Positions 35,254 through 46,944 of a stretch of DNA of 64,000 bases are shown piece by piece. This DNA comes from Deltaproteobacteria bacterium (GTDB lineage: Bacteria; UBA10199; SBBF01): NCBI GenBank assembly GCA_016183175.1, contig JACPFC010000054.1:8313-72312 (forward strand), written 5' to 3'. The notes beneath the pieces were generated by a model that was not told the DNA's origin, did no database searches, and saw only the letters and a program-made list of their open reading frames with translations. Numbering within the stretch: the first letter of the stretch is position 1; each line of letters begins with the position of its first letter. A program made the translations under genes and the position numbers.

Positions 35254-37335
35254 TGATTCTTTTTCTTTTTTCCTCTCCTGAATTACCTTCTGCGCGATCG
35301 GCGACGGCGCCTCTTCGAAGGTATCGTGATGCATCGTAAAAATCCCTTTTCCCTGCGTGATCCCTTTGAGCATATTGTCGTAAACCAGCATCTCGGACAG
35401 CGGAACCCTGGCGCGGACGATCTGCGCGTTTGCCTTGGGTTCGACGCCCGCCACCTTCCCGCGGCGGCTGTTCAAGTCCTGAATGATCGCCCCCAGTGAA
35501 TCGGTGGGAACGGTGATCTTTACATCCATGATCGGCTCCAGAAGAATGGGACGCGCTTGTTCCATGCACTTTCTGAAGGCCATGGCGCCGGCGATTTTGA
35601 AGGCGATATCCGATGAATCGACCGTGTGATACGACCCGTCGTAGAGGGAGGCCTTCACATCCACGACCGGATATCCGGCGACAATTCCATCCTGCATCGC
35701 CTCGACAATCCCCTTTTCCACGGAGGGGATGAAATTTTTGGGAATCATGCCGCCGACGATGTTGTTTGCGAATTCAAACCCGCCTCCTCGGGGGAGGGGA
35801 GAGAGTTCAATCCAGCAGTCGCCGTACTGGCCGTGGCCCCCCGACTGTTTTTTGTACTTCCCTTGAGCCTTGGAGGAGGCCTTGATCGTTTCCTTGTAGG
35901 GGACATGGGGCACCGCCAGCTCGATGTCCACCTCGTATTTGCGCTTGAGCCGCTCCTTGACGATCTCCAGATGAAACTGCCCCATGCCGCAGAGGAGAAG
36001 TTCATGTGTCTCGGTGTCGCGGTGATATTCGATATTCGGGTCCTCCTCCATGACCTTGTGAAGCGCCTCCATCACTTTTTCCTCGCTGGATCGGTCCTTG
36101 GCTTTGAGCGAACAGAAGATCAGCCGGTCGGGACGCGCAACCGGGGGATAGACGATGGGTTCGGTTAAGGAGGAAACGGTGTCGCAGGTTTCGAGAAAAT
36201 CGACCTTCTCAAGGGCGACAATCTGGCCGGCGGAGGCCCTGGAGATTTTTTTGAGCTTGCGCCCCAGCGGTTTGGCCAGATGGGCGGTTTTCACCTGCTT
36301 TTCCCGGTTGGAAATATAGAGGGAATCGCCCAGCGACAGGGTTCCCGAAACCAGCCTCACGAAATTGACCTTTCCGGAAAAATGATCGACGGTGGTTTTA
36401 AACACAAAACCGGAAAGGGGCGAGGAGTCCGCGACAAGCCTTTTGGCCTCCGTTTTCCGGTCGGTCCGCGTCCCTTCCCACTCTTTTTTAAAGAGGTCCG
36501 GGGACGGCAAATATTCGCCGATGGCGTTAAGCAGGGGATTTAGCCCGATGTTTAACGCGGCGCTTCCGGCAAAGACGGGGATAATCTGCTTGTGGATAAC
36601 CGCAGACCTCAACAGGGGGAGGAGTTTTTCAAAGGGGATGTCCTGTCCGTCGAGATAGGCGTTCATCAGCTCTTCGTTGGTCTCGATGATCGCCTCCTTT
36701 AACTTGTCGTGGCAGGCTTGCGCCTCGGAGATGCATTCATCGGGGATTGGCCCCTCCTGATATTTTCCGTTTTTTTCGGGGGAATACTTCAAGGCCTTCA
36801 TCTTCACGATGTCGATCACGCCGTGCAGTTTTTCCTCGGCCCCCAAAGGGATGGTGAGGCAGACCGGGCGGATTTCCAGATCCTGCTCGATGGACGAGAG
36901 GGCGTTGACGAAACTGGCCTTTTCGCGGTCGAGTTTGTTGACAAAAATAAACCGGGGGAGTTCCAGTTCGCCCAGGGCCTCCCAGTATTCCATCGAGGTT
37001 TCCTTTACCCCCGAAAGGGCGCTGACAATCAGAATGGCGGAATCGGAGGCCTTGAGGGCATAGCGGGTGTCGGCCATGAAATTGATATAGCCGGGGGTGT
37101 CGATAAAATTAATTTCGCGGTCGTTGAAGGAAAAATTATAGATCTGCGGGCTCAACGTCATCTGGCGCGATTTTTCCTCGGGGTCTTCATCCAGCGGGCA
37201 GGGGCGGGCTCCCATGGCGCTGAAGGTATCCAGCGCCCTCGCGTTAAAAAGGAGGGCCTCGGTCAAAAGGGTCTTTCCGGCGCCGTGATGGGCCACCACG
37301 GCGAGATTTCGGATATTGGATAAAACTTCCACCAT
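35251..37335 (-). CDS. elongation factor G paralog (EF-G2-like translational GTPase)
   Basis: AVVAHHGAGKTLLTEALL...DTPGYINF G-domain motifs and EF-G domains II-V; start chosen at MVEVLSNIRNL (ORF to 37368). Confidence 0.85.
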   Translation of the reverse strand: MVEVLSNIRNLAVVAHHGAGKTLLTEALLFNARALDTFSAMGARPCPLDEDPEEKSRQMTLSPQIYNFSFNDREINFIDTPGYINFMADTRYALKASDSAILIVSALSGVKETSMEYWEALGELELPRFIFVNKLDREKASFVNALSSIEQDLEIRPVCLTIPLGAEEKLHGVIDIVKMKALKYSPEKNGKYQEGPIPDECISEAQACHDKLKEAIIETNEELMNAYLDGQDIPFEKLLPLLRSAVIHKQIIPVFAGSAALNIGLNPLLNAIGEYLPSPDLFKKEWEGTRTDRKTEAKRLVADSSPLSGFVFKTTVDHFSGKVNFVRLVSGTLSLGDSLYISNREKQVKTAHLAKPLGRKLKKISRASAGQIVALEKVDFLETCDTVSSLTEPIVYPPVARPDRLIFCSLKAKDRSSEEKVMEALHKVMEEDPNIEYHRDTETHELLLCGMGQFHLEIVKERLKRKYEVDIELAVPHVPYKETIKASSKAQGKYKKQSGGHGQYGDCWIELSPLPRGGGFEFANNIVGGMIPKNFIPSVEKGIVEAMQDGIVAGYPVVDVKASLYDGSYHTVDSSDIAFKIAGAMAFRKCMEQARPILLEPIMDVKITVPTDSLGAIIQDLNSRRGKVAGVEPKANAQIVRARVPLSEMLVYDNMLKGITQGKGIFTMHHDTFEEAPSPIAQKVIQERKKEKES

Positions 37336-37445
37336 GAGGTTGCTCTCCGGCCCTTTTTTCTCTATCAACCGGTTTCGTTTGTGGCAAGAAAATTGAGATT
37401 TCTTCCTTTCCTGTTTTTCTATAAGATCAAGGAGGGAGGTTTTTC

Positions 37446-38585
37446 ATGGAAAAAACAGACCGCCGCCGGGCAAGCGACGAGCAGGTCCGGGTGATTATCG
37501 AGAACGCCCTGGATGCCGTGGTCGTGATGAACAGCAACGGTCTTATCACCTCCTGGAACCCGCAGGCCGAAAAGATCTTCGGGTGGACAAAAGAAGAGGC
37601 CATCGGCCGCCGCATGTCGGAGACGATCATCCCTCCCCATTACCGCGAGGCCCACGAACGGGGCTTAAAACACTTCCTCAAAACCGGCGAGGGACCGGCG
37701 CTCAACAAACGGCTGGAACTGACCGCCATCCACAGAAGCGGCCGGGAGTTTCCGGTGGAATTGACCGTTTCACCCACAAAACTGGGAGAGACCTGGATTT
37801 TCAGCGCCTTTATCCGCGATATTACGGAAAGGAAAAAGGCCGAAGAGGACCTTAAAAAAACCAACGAGGAGCTTTGGCGCTTGAACGAAAACCGGGCCGC
37901 ATTCACCTCGATTGTCTCCCATGAACTTCGGACCCCTTTGCAGTCGATCAAGGAGGGGATCGATATTGTCCTGGACGGCATCGATGGACCGGTCACGGGC
38001 CGGCAAAAAGAAACCCTCGGCATTTCGAAGAGCAATGTGGACCGGTTGGCCCGGTTGATCGACAATGTTCTTGATTATTCGAAGTACGAGGCGGGAAAGA
38101 TGAAAATGGAATTGATGAAGGCCGACCTGAACAAACTGGTTGAAGAGGTTTACCGGCTGATGAAACTGGAGGTAGGCAGGAAGGGGGTCGATTTTTTCAT
38201 CGAACTCCCCGCGGAACCCGTTTTCGCGGTGGTGGATGGCGATAAAATAAAACAGGTTCTCATCAATCTGGTCCATAACGCCGTTAAATTCACGGAGGAG
38301 GGAAAAATTTCGGTCCGTTTGAGTCAGGCCCGGGATGCGGTTTTACTTGAGGTGGAAGACACGGGGAGCGGCATCCGCAAGGAAGATCAGCCGGCTGTCT
38401 TTGACATGTATGGCCAGGCGCCGGGCACACAGGTTTTTAGGGCCGGTGGAAGCGGAATCGGACTGGCGGTGTGCAAACTGATTATCGACCAGCACGGCGG
38501 ACAAATCGGCATCGAGAGCGCGCCCCGGAAGGGAACCAAATTCACCATTACCCTCCCTCAACCCTTCAACGCCGCTCAAGGCTAG
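37446..38585 (+). CDS. PAS-domain sensor histidine kinase
   Basis: PAS (VVMNSNGLITSWNPQAEKIFGW), H-box SHELRTPL, HATPase_c G-boxes. Confidence 0.8.
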   Translation: MEKTDRRRASDEQVRVIIENALDAVVVMNSNGLITSWNPQAEKIFGWTKEEAIGRRMSETIIPPHYREAHERGLKHFLKTGEGPALNKRLELTAIHRSGREFPVELTVSPTKLGETWIFSAFIRDITERKKAEEDLKKTNEELWRLNENRAAFTSIVSHELRTPLQSIKEGIDIVLDGIDGPVTGRQKETLGISKSNVDRLARLIDNVLDYSKYEAGKMKMELMKADLNKLVEEVYRLMKLEVGRKGVDFFIELPAEPVFAVVDGDKIKQVLINLVHNAVKFTEEGKISVRLSQARDAVLLEVEDTGSGIRKEDQPAVFDMYGQAPGTQVFRAGGSGIGLAVCKLIIDQHGGQIGIESAPRKGTKFTITLPQPFNAAQG

Positions 38586-38956
38586 CGGACATAATCGTGA
38601 ACCATCGAGACAAGGGCATGGGGATCGATCGGTTTGATGATAAAACCGCTGGCCCCGTTTTCGAGGCAGTAGTCGACCAGCTCTTGTTCCTTGTGACCGC
38701 TCAAGACGATGATCGGCGGGGTCTCTTCCCCCTCCGGAAGCCATTCTTTCGCGTGCTTTAAAAAAGCGGTTCCGTCGGCATGAAGAAGCCCCAGGTCAAG
38801 AATAACCAGATTTGGTTTCGATTTTTTCAACGATTCGAGGGCCGTTTCGACAAAAGAGACGCAGGCGCACTGAAAACCGTGAAACTGAAGGCGCTTCTTC
38901 ACGAGACGCTGGACATCGGGATCATCGTCAACGATAAGGATTTGCTTCTTCTTCAT
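38582..38956 (-). CDS. single-domain response regulator (CheY-like receiver)
   Basis: KQILIVDDDPDV...ILDLGLLHADG receiver motifs; start at MKKKQ. Confidence 0.75.
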   Translation of the reverse strand: MKKKQILIVDDDPDVQRLVKKRLQFHGFQCACVSFVETALESLKKSKPNLVILDLGLLHADGTAFLKHAKEWLPEGEETPPIIVLSGHKEQELVDYCLENGASGFIIKPIDPHALVSMVHDYVR

Positions 38957-39022
38957 TCCACCCCCCATCTACCGAATACTTTATCTATTATACATGATAG
39001 CAAACAAAACTTGCAATAGACA

Positions 39023-39415
39023 CTACCTCTTCAAATTGATTGTTTTTCCATCCAGGACTTTTTTGACGAGATTGAGCAGATCGCGGGGGTTGTAGGGCTT
39101 TTTGACAAAACCATCCGCGCCGAGGTTATACACGCAATCGTCCCTTTTAGAAACATGCGCCGAGAAAAAGAGGATTGGAAGCCCTTTTAGCTCCCTGTTT
39201 TCCCTCAACTTTTTGAATATTTCAAGACCCGATGCATCCGGGAGCCAGATATCCAAAAGGACCAGGTCGGGTCTTTTGCGGCAGATAAATTCATAAGCCC
39301 CTTTGCCTTCCAGGTACGATATGACGTCGAAGCCGCCGGCCCGCAAGCGCTTTGCGGTCAGGTGGACCAGGTCGCGTTCGTCGTCAATAATGGCGATTTT
39401 TGGAAGAGCCGGCAT
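39023..39415 (-). CDS. single-domain response regulator (CheY-like receiver)
   Basis: KIAIIDDERDL...LLDIWLPDASG...GADGFVKKP. Confidence 0.75.
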   Translation of the reverse strand: MPALPKIAIIDDERDLVHLTAKRLRAGGFDVISYLEGKGAYEFICRKRPDLVLLDIWLPDASGLEIFKKLRENRELKGLPILFFSAHVSKRDDCVYNLGADGFVKKPYNPRDLLNLVKKVLDGKTINLKR

Positions 39416-39460
39416 TGGACAATATATTATCCCAATTTATCATTTGTCTGCAACCGGTGA

Positions 39461-41518
<2,058 letters not shown>

Positions 41519-41631
41519 AGGGTTTTCCTTGTCTTGACGAATAACGGACCAGGGAATATAGGTTGGGCGTGGACTTCACTTGGCTGAAAAATCTTCTCGC
41601 AACCGGAAAACAGGAGGCGAATCCGCCGGGC

Positions 41632-42339
41632 ATGAACAGGGCGGAAGAGGTCTGCGTTTTTCCGCTCCCCAATGTCGTCCTTATCCCCGGCAATATCCTG
41701 CCGCTCCACATCTTTGAGGAACGCTACAAGCAGATGACCGAGGATCTGCTTCAATCCAACATCTCTCTCGCCATGAGCCTCACGGTCCCGTCGGCCCAGG
41801 GAAAAATGAAAAACAGCGCCATCTGCGGCGGAGGAACGGTGAGGGTGATGGATGAATTTCCCGACGGGCGCAAGAATATTTTTGTCGAGGGATTAAAAAG
41901 GCTGAAAATCGTCAAATACGTTCAGGAATCCCCCTATCTCAAGGCCCTGGCGGAAACGATCCCCGACATCCCGTTTGCCTCCCCGGCCGAGGAAAAAAAA
42001 TATCTTGTGGAGTTGGGCCAACAGACCAAACGGTGGATTTTTCTCTCGCGCGATCTGCCGGACAGGTACATCCCGTATGTGGATTTGTTCACCAAGCCGC
42101 ACCTTCTGGCGGATGTTATCGGGTTCCACTTCCTCCCTGGAAGCTCCGAAAAGCAGAAGCTCCTCGAAACAACGGATCAAAAAAAACGGGTGGAAAAGAT
42201 CATCTTTTTTGTCGAAGGAAACATCCGCCGGCTGGAGGGGATCGGGTCGAAGGCACTCGGTGCCGGGGCGCTTGGCGCCGGGGCGCCCGGCGCCGGGGCG
42301 ATGGATGACCTGAAATCGGATGGAAAAATCCTTCATTAA
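41632..42339 (+). CDS. LON N-terminal substrate-binding domain protein
   Basis: PLPNVVLIPGNILPLHIFEERYKQM; C-terminal GAGALGAGAPGAGA repeat; start uncertain (ORF from 41563). Confidence 0.65.
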   Translation: MNRAEEVCVFPLPNVVLIPGNILPLHIFEERYKQMTEDLLQSNISLAMSLTVPSAQGKMKNSAICGGGTVRVMDEFPDGRKNIFVEGLKRLKIVKYVQESPYLKALAETIPDIPFASPAEEKKYLVELGQQTKRWIFLSRDLPDRYIPYVDLFTKPHLLADVIGFHFLPGSSEKQKLLETTDQKKRVEKIIFFVEGNIRRLEGIGSKALGAGALGAGAPGAGAMDDLKSDGKILH

Positions 42340-43416
42340 ATGCGGGACCCCCTTTCTCAAATCGACGATAAAATGATCCATCGGCAGAGAGTCACCGACG
42401 AAGAGGCTCTGGCGCTCTACGCAGAGGACGATCTGTTGCGTCTGGGAGAGCTTGCCAACCGGGTCCGTGAAAAAATCCACGGGCGCAAAACCTACTACAT
42501 CATCAACCGCCACATCGATTATTCCAACGTCTGTGTCTTGAACTGTAAATTCTGCGCCTTCGCCCGAAAATCGGGGGAGGCAGGGGCCTTCGAGCATTCG
42601 CTCGAGGATATTGTGGAAAAGGTCCGGGAGGGGCGCAAGCGCGGCATTACCGAGGTGCACATCGTCGGCGGTTTTCATCCCTCACATCCATGGGAATTCT
42701 ACACCGGGATCTGCCGGGCCATCAAAAAAGAGGCGCCGGAGATCCATATCAAGGCCTTTACCGCCGCCGAGATCCGCTACTTTTCCAAAAAATTCAAAAT
42801 GACGGAGGAAGAGGTGCTGACGGCATTGATGGCGGCGGGGCTTGATTCCATGCCGGGGGGAGGGGCCGAAATTCTTGCCCCCGAGACAAGAAAGGAAATC
42901 TGCGGCCCCAAGGGGAAGGCGGAATTCTGGCTGGATACGCACAGGCGCGCCCACACGCTCGGTCTAAAAAGCAACGCCACCATGCTCTATGGCCATATCG
43001 AGTCGCCCGCCGACCGCGTGTACCACATGAGGTTGATCCGGAACCTCCAAGATGAAACCGGAGGTTTCCTTTCGTTCATCCCTCTTTCCTTCAACCCGAA
43101 AGGCACCTGTTACGAAAATATCGGCTATACCTCCGGCATCGATGATTTAAAGACCCTGGCCATCGCGCGCCTCTACATGGACAACATCCGCCACATCAAG
43201 GCTTACTGGATCATGTCGGGGGTGGAAACGGCCCAGTTGGCTCAATATTTCGGGGCGGATGACATGCATGGAACGGTGATCGAAGAGAATATCACCCACA
43301 TGGCGGGGGGAAGAGCGCCGGAGGATCTGCCGGCCTCCCGGTTATGCGAATTGATCCGCGAGGCCGGCCGGATGCCCGTCCAGCGCGACTCGCTTTACAG
43401 GGAAATTAATCAATAA
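42340..43416 (+). CDS. radical SAM enzyme of the futalosine menaquinone pathway (MqnC/MqnE family)
   Basis: CVLNCKFCAF Cys cluster, 358 aa, family-typical length and motifs. Confidence 0.7.
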   Translation: MRDPLSQIDDKMIHRQRVTDEEALALYAEDDLLRLGELANRVREKIHGRKTYYIINRHIDYSNVCVLNCKFCAFARKSGEAGAFEHSLEDIVEKVREGRKRGITEVHIVGGFHPSHPWEFYTGICRAIKKEAPEIHIKAFTAAEIRYFSKKFKMTEEEVLTALMAAGLDSMPGGGAEILAPETRKEICGPKGKAEFWLDTHRRAHTLGLKSNATMLYGHIESPADRVYHMRLIRNLQDETGGFLSFIPLSFNPKGTCYENIGYTSGIDDLKTLAIARLYMDNIRHIKAYWIMSGVETAQLAQYFGADDMHGTVIEENITHMAGGRAPEDLPASRLCELIREAGRMPVQRDSLYREINQ

Positions 43417-44215
43417 TTGCTTTTCCAATAATCCCATGACATTTTGAGAAGGTAGCTACTAATAGCTCAACTTTTTGTTGAGACTCAAGCCGGTGGGCCA
43501 GCCGGTCCCATTCGTGGAAGATATGGTCCATGGGAATGAAGGCCACCGCGTGCGCCAGCTGGAGGCATGAAAAAAGATGGGTGCTTAAGGCGGCAGGGCC
43601 CCTCCAAAAATCTGGCGGGCAGGCGCCGGCCAAAGGGGAAGAATCCGGTTTGGTATTCATGTGGTGATCTCTCATGTAATGTGAAAAGGTCTCGTTGAAA
43701 TTCCAGTCCCGTTTCCGGCTGATGGCGGGGCAGATGCCCGGTTCCTCGCATGAAAGCGGACAGGTCCATTCGGCGTAGCTTACAGCGCAGATTCCCGAAT
43801 CAAAAGTTTTTAAAAAAGGGGTTTGAGGAAAGTCGTCTCCCGGCAAGGGAAAGGGGACAACTTGTGTGCGGCGCCCTTTGAACCGTCCGTCGTTTTCAAT
43901 CAGATTCAGAAAGACGCGAAACAGGACGTGCGGCGCCGAATGGTCGGGAATAAGAATGCCCGCTTTTTCGGCCCTTGGGCGGTTTAGGATCGTTTCCTCC
44001 AAAAAGCCGGTGTAGGTGTTTTGGATGGTGCGGGCGTCGTTTTTGAATTCTTCCGCGGCCGGAACGTTGGAATGGGGGTCGATAAAGAAGAGTTCGGGAT
44101 AATCGATCAATCCCTCTTTTTTGGCCCGGACAATCTCGCCGATGTAATGGCAGGCGAGCGGGCCGCCGCCTAAAACATAGATCGGGCCTTTGATTTGATA
44201 AGGCAGATGGGTCAT
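43406..44215 (-). CDS. hypothetical protein (269 aa), N-terminal Rossmann-like GGGPLA
   Basis: Clean ORF; no confident family assignment. Confidence 0.5.
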   Translation of the reverse strand: MTHLPYQIKGPIYVLGGGPLACHYIGEIVRAKKEGLIDYPELFFIDPHSNVPAAEEFKNDARTIQNTYTGFLEETILNRPRAEKAGILIPDHSAPHVLFRVFLNLIENDGRFKGRRTQVVPFPLPGDDFPQTPFLKTFDSGICAVSYAEWTCPLSCEEPGICPAISRKRDWNFNETFSHYMRDHHMNTKPDSSPLAGACPPDFWRGPAALSTHLFSCLQLAHAVAFIPMDHIFHEWDRLAHRLESQQKVELLVATFSKCHGIIGKAIID

Positions 44216-44228
44216 CTGTCGGGCAACT

Positions 44229-44313
44229 GCGAGAAAGTAGAGAGCAGAGAGCCGACAGCCGAAAACAGATTGTTTAATCCGTTTTCCGTTTTCCGCTTTC
44301 TGCTCTCTGATTT
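44229..44313. repeat. long imperfect hairpin (about 30-bp stem)
   Basis: GCGAGAAAGTAGAGAGCAGAGAGCCGACAGCCGAAAAC ... GTTTTCCGTTTTCCGCTTTCTGCTCTCTGATTTCTCGC. Confidence 0.35.
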
Positions 44314-45086
44314 CTCGCCTTTGCCGCCTTTACAAAAAGATACGCCGGAATTGAAATCCACACAAGATCCATCAAAGCGAGCCGAAACTCCCCGATCCGG
44401 AGGGTGATCGCAAAATTGAACAGGAAGATGCCGAAGTAGAGGAGGGGACCGGAGTATTTGTCGGGGAAAGTGGATGGTTGATGGTTGATGGTTGATGGTA
44501 GATGGTTAATGGCAGATGGTTTGAAGAACCTTTCCAGCATCAAGTTTACGCCAACGATGGCAAAGGAGACCAAAAACCAGCCGGCGAAATTGGAAAGGGG
44601 GACGCCAAAGTAAAGGCCGGGGTTCGGGTAATAGTAGATTTTTCCGAGAAACCACCGATCCCCCATGTGAGCCAGCGGGTCGATGACAAGGTCGAGAATG
44701 AGGACGAAGAGGGCGGAGAGGAGGGCGAGTTTAAATCCCCCCCAACCCCCCTTTGTCAAAGGGGGGACAGGGGGGATTTTGCCCACGACAAATTCTGATA
44801 AAGAAAGCCCCGCAAAACACAAAAACACATACGACAGCGAATCCCACACCGGCACCCCCCGGTTCATCCATTCGCCCCGAAGATTTTCGTAAATGTAGAA
44901 ATACCACCCGTAGGGAAACCCGGTCCGGATGGAAGAGGCCTCCGAAATCCAGGCAATCAGATAACCGCCGGCCAGGAAAAGCAGAGTCCGGACAACGCCG
45001 CGCGTACGGATGCCGATGACGAGGAACGCGACGAGGAAAACGAACACATACCAACGGGTGATGAGGGTGTGGAAGAACATCTGCAA
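44274..45086 (-). CDS. hypothetical polytopic membrane protein
   Basis: Multiple TM helices; contains RPE-like element (44733-44780) and 7-nt tandem repeat (44472-44520) in frame; C-terminus read through the hairpin. Confidence 0.55.
   Translation of the reverse strand: MQMFFHTLITRWYVFVFLVAFLVIGIRTRGVVRTLLFLAGGYLIAWISEASSIRTGFPYGWYFYIYENLRGEWMNRGVPVWDSLSYVFLCFAGLSLSEFVVGKIPPVPPLTKGGWGGFKLALLSALFVLILDLVIDPLAHMGDRWFLGKIYYYPNPGLYFGVPLSNFAGWFLVSFAIVGVNLMLERFFKPSAINHLPSTINHQPSTFPDKYSGPLLYFGIFLFNFAITLRIGEFRLALMDLVWISIPAYLFVKAAKARNQRAESGKRKTD
44733..44780. repeat. RPE-like G/C palindromic element inside a CDS (in frame)
   Basis: AAATCCCCCCCAACCCCCCTTTGTCAAAGGGGGGACAGGGGGGATTTT encodes IPPVPPLTKGGWGGF. 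Confidence 0.45.
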
Positions 45087-45234
45087 TGGTCATTCCCGCG
45101 CAGGCGGGAATCCAGTTTTTTCGTACTTGTTCCCCATTCCCTGCTTACAACTTGCAGGGACAAGTTTCATGGGGACATGTCTGGATCCCCGCTTTCGCGG
45201 GGATGACATTAAAGGCAAGTCTGTCAACAAACTG

Positions 45235-46194
45235 TTATCCCCTCTCTTTATAGCTGTTCCGCACCAGATCGATGAAGACCTTGAGAATCTTCGGGTCCCA
45301 CTGGCCGCAATCGATTTCGCGCTCGAAAATGTCGGCCGCTTGGGGCGGATACATCCCCTTTCGATAGGGGCGGTTGGAGGTCATGGCGTCGAAGGCGTCG
45401 GTGATAAAACAGATGCGCGCCAGAAAAGGGATTTCCTCCCCTTTGAGGCCGTCGGGATACCCCTTGCCGTCCCAGCGTTCATGATGACTGCGGATGATGG
45501 GAAGGACATTTTTAAACGACTTGAGCCGCTTGCAGATCTCGTAGCCGCGGGCCGGATGCGTCCGGATATGCGAGATCTCCTCCTGGGTGAGCTTGTCCTC
45601 CTTGTTCAGAATCGCCTCCCTCACCCCCACCTTGCCGATGTCGTGTAAAAGGGCGCCCCGCCGCAGGTCTTCCAGTTCGGGGGGCTTCAAGCCCAATTCC
45701 TTTCCGAGAAGAACCGAATACTTCGAGACCCTTTCGGAATGTCCACGGGTATAGACATCCTTGGCCTCCAGCGCCTCGGCGAGGGTAAAAACAACCGCCT
45801 CCGACAATTCCAGGGAATCGTAGAGGTCCTTTACGCGCAAAAGGGACTTGACGCGGGTTACGAGTTCCAGCTTGTTGAACGGCTTCATCAAAAAGTCATC
45901 CGCCCCCAGCTCGATCGCCTTGATTTTGTCGTCCAGTTCGCGAAGCGCCGTGACAATAACGATGGGAATCAAATGGGTCAGGGGATCGGTCTTCAAAATC
46001 TGGCAGACCTCGTAGCCGCTCATGCGGGGCATCATGAGATCGAGCAGAATCAGATCGGGCGGGTCCTGCTTCACCAGTTCCAAAGCCTCTTCGCCGGAAT
46101 AGGCCTTGCGCACCTCGTAGTTGAACGGCTTCAACTGCACCGATATCAGCTCCACGTTGGTGGGGTTGTCATCGACAATAAGAACCTTGTGCAT
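45235..46194 (-). CDS. response regulator with HD-GYP phosphodiesterase domain
   Basis: Receiver (VLIVDDNPTN...LLDLMMPRMSG) + HD-GYP (HDIGKVGV...HHERWDGKGYPDGL). Confidence 0.8.
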   Translation of the reverse strand: MHKVLIVDDNPTNVELISVQLKPFNYEVRKAYSGEEALELVKQDPPDLILLDLMMPRMSGYEVCQILKTDPLTHLIPIVIVTALRELDDKIKAIELGADDFLMKPFNKLELVTRVKSLLRVKDLYDSLELSEAVVFTLAEALEAKDVYTRGHSERVSKYSVLLGKELGLKPPELEDLRRGALLHDIGKVGVREAILNKEDKLTQEEISHIRTHPARGYEICKRLKSFKNVLPIIRSHHERWDGKGYPDGLKGEEIPFLARICFITDAFDAMTSNRPYRKGMYPPQAADIFEREIDCGQWDPKILKVFIDLVRNSYKERG

Positions 46195-46250
46195 GTAAAA
46201 TTTATAGCATACATTCCGGTTGCAGAACAACGGTTTCTCTTGTAAGGGTT

Positions 46251-46289
46251 CCCAAGCCGCGCCGCCAGTGGCGGATGAAGCGGCTTGGG
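46251..46289. repeat. REP-like palindrome (family 2), loop inverted relative to 29102-29140
   Basis: CCCAAGCCGCGCCGCCAGTGGCGGATGAAGCGGCTTGGG. Confidence 0.45.
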
Positions 46290-46326
46290 AGCGGAGGTGG
46301 TAAAGGCAAGAAGTCGCTTAAACTTT

Positions 46327-46605
46327 ATGAGACTCATCAAATTCATTCTCTGGTTGGCGGTCACCGTCATTATCGCCTATTTTCTCACCGACCTGAAAAT
46401 CGGGGGAAAGACGATCAAACAGACCATCGATGAAAAAATCGGCGCCGTCTGGCCCGGATTTTCGGGGGCAAAAAACCGCCTGTTGGGGGTCACGCACAAC
46501 GAGGAAATGCGGGGGATTGTTTCGGAAATCAAGGAGTCGCCCAAAGAGAAAATCACCGAAGAGGACTCAAAACAGCTCGAAGAGGTGTTGAAAGAGAACC
46601 AGTAA
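46327..46605 (+). CDS. hypothetical protein with N-terminal TM helix
   Basis: MRLIKFILWLAVTVIIAYFL...; K/E-rich C-terminus. Confidence 0.45.
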   Translation: MRLIKFILWLAVTVIIAYFLTDLKIGGKTIKQTIDEKIGAVWPGFSGAKNRLLGVTHNEEMRGIVSEIKESPKEKITEEDSKQLEEVLKENQ

Positions 46606-46616
46606 GGGAAAAAAAC

Positions 46617-46913
46617 ATGACGCAATCGGCAAAAAAATGCGGGGTTGAAAATTGCAAGCGCTCCTATCGCGCCAAAGGCTACTGCAATGTCCATTACAAA
46701 AAATGGCGCGGGGGGGAGCTCCCCAAAAGCCGCTATAAAACCTGCGCGCAGGAGGGATGCAAGAAAAAACGCCATTTGAGGGGACTGTGCGAGGAGCATT
46801 ACAAGGCGGCGTTCGGCAAGAAGGAAGAGGGGGCGGCGCCTGTAGCGGCGCCTGTAGCGGCGCCTGCGGCTCCGGCAACTCCAGCACCTGAGTCACCGCC
46901 GCCGGCGCAGTAA
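46617..46913 (+). CDS. hypothetical Cys/His-rich protein with duplicated C-x4-C...C-x2-H-Y-K motifs and AAPV repeat tail
   Basis: CGVENCKRSYRAKGYCNVHYKKW and CAQEGCKKKRHLRGLCEEHYKAAF; tandem 12-nt repeat 46834-46870. Confidence 0.5.
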   Translation: MTQSAKKCGVENCKRSYRAKGYCNVHYKKWRGGELPKSRYKTCAQEGCKKKRHLRGLCEEHYKAAFGKKEEGAAPVAAPVAAPAAPATPAPESPPPAQ

Positions 46914-46944
46914 TAGGTCCTATAAGACCTATAGGTCCTATATT
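46911..46944. repeat. AT-rich palindrome TAATAGGTCCTATAAGACCTATAGGTCCTATATT at the pfkA start
   Basis: Perfect palindromic cores ATAGGTCCTAT; similar motif string inside tyrA (21724-21756). Confidence 0.35.
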
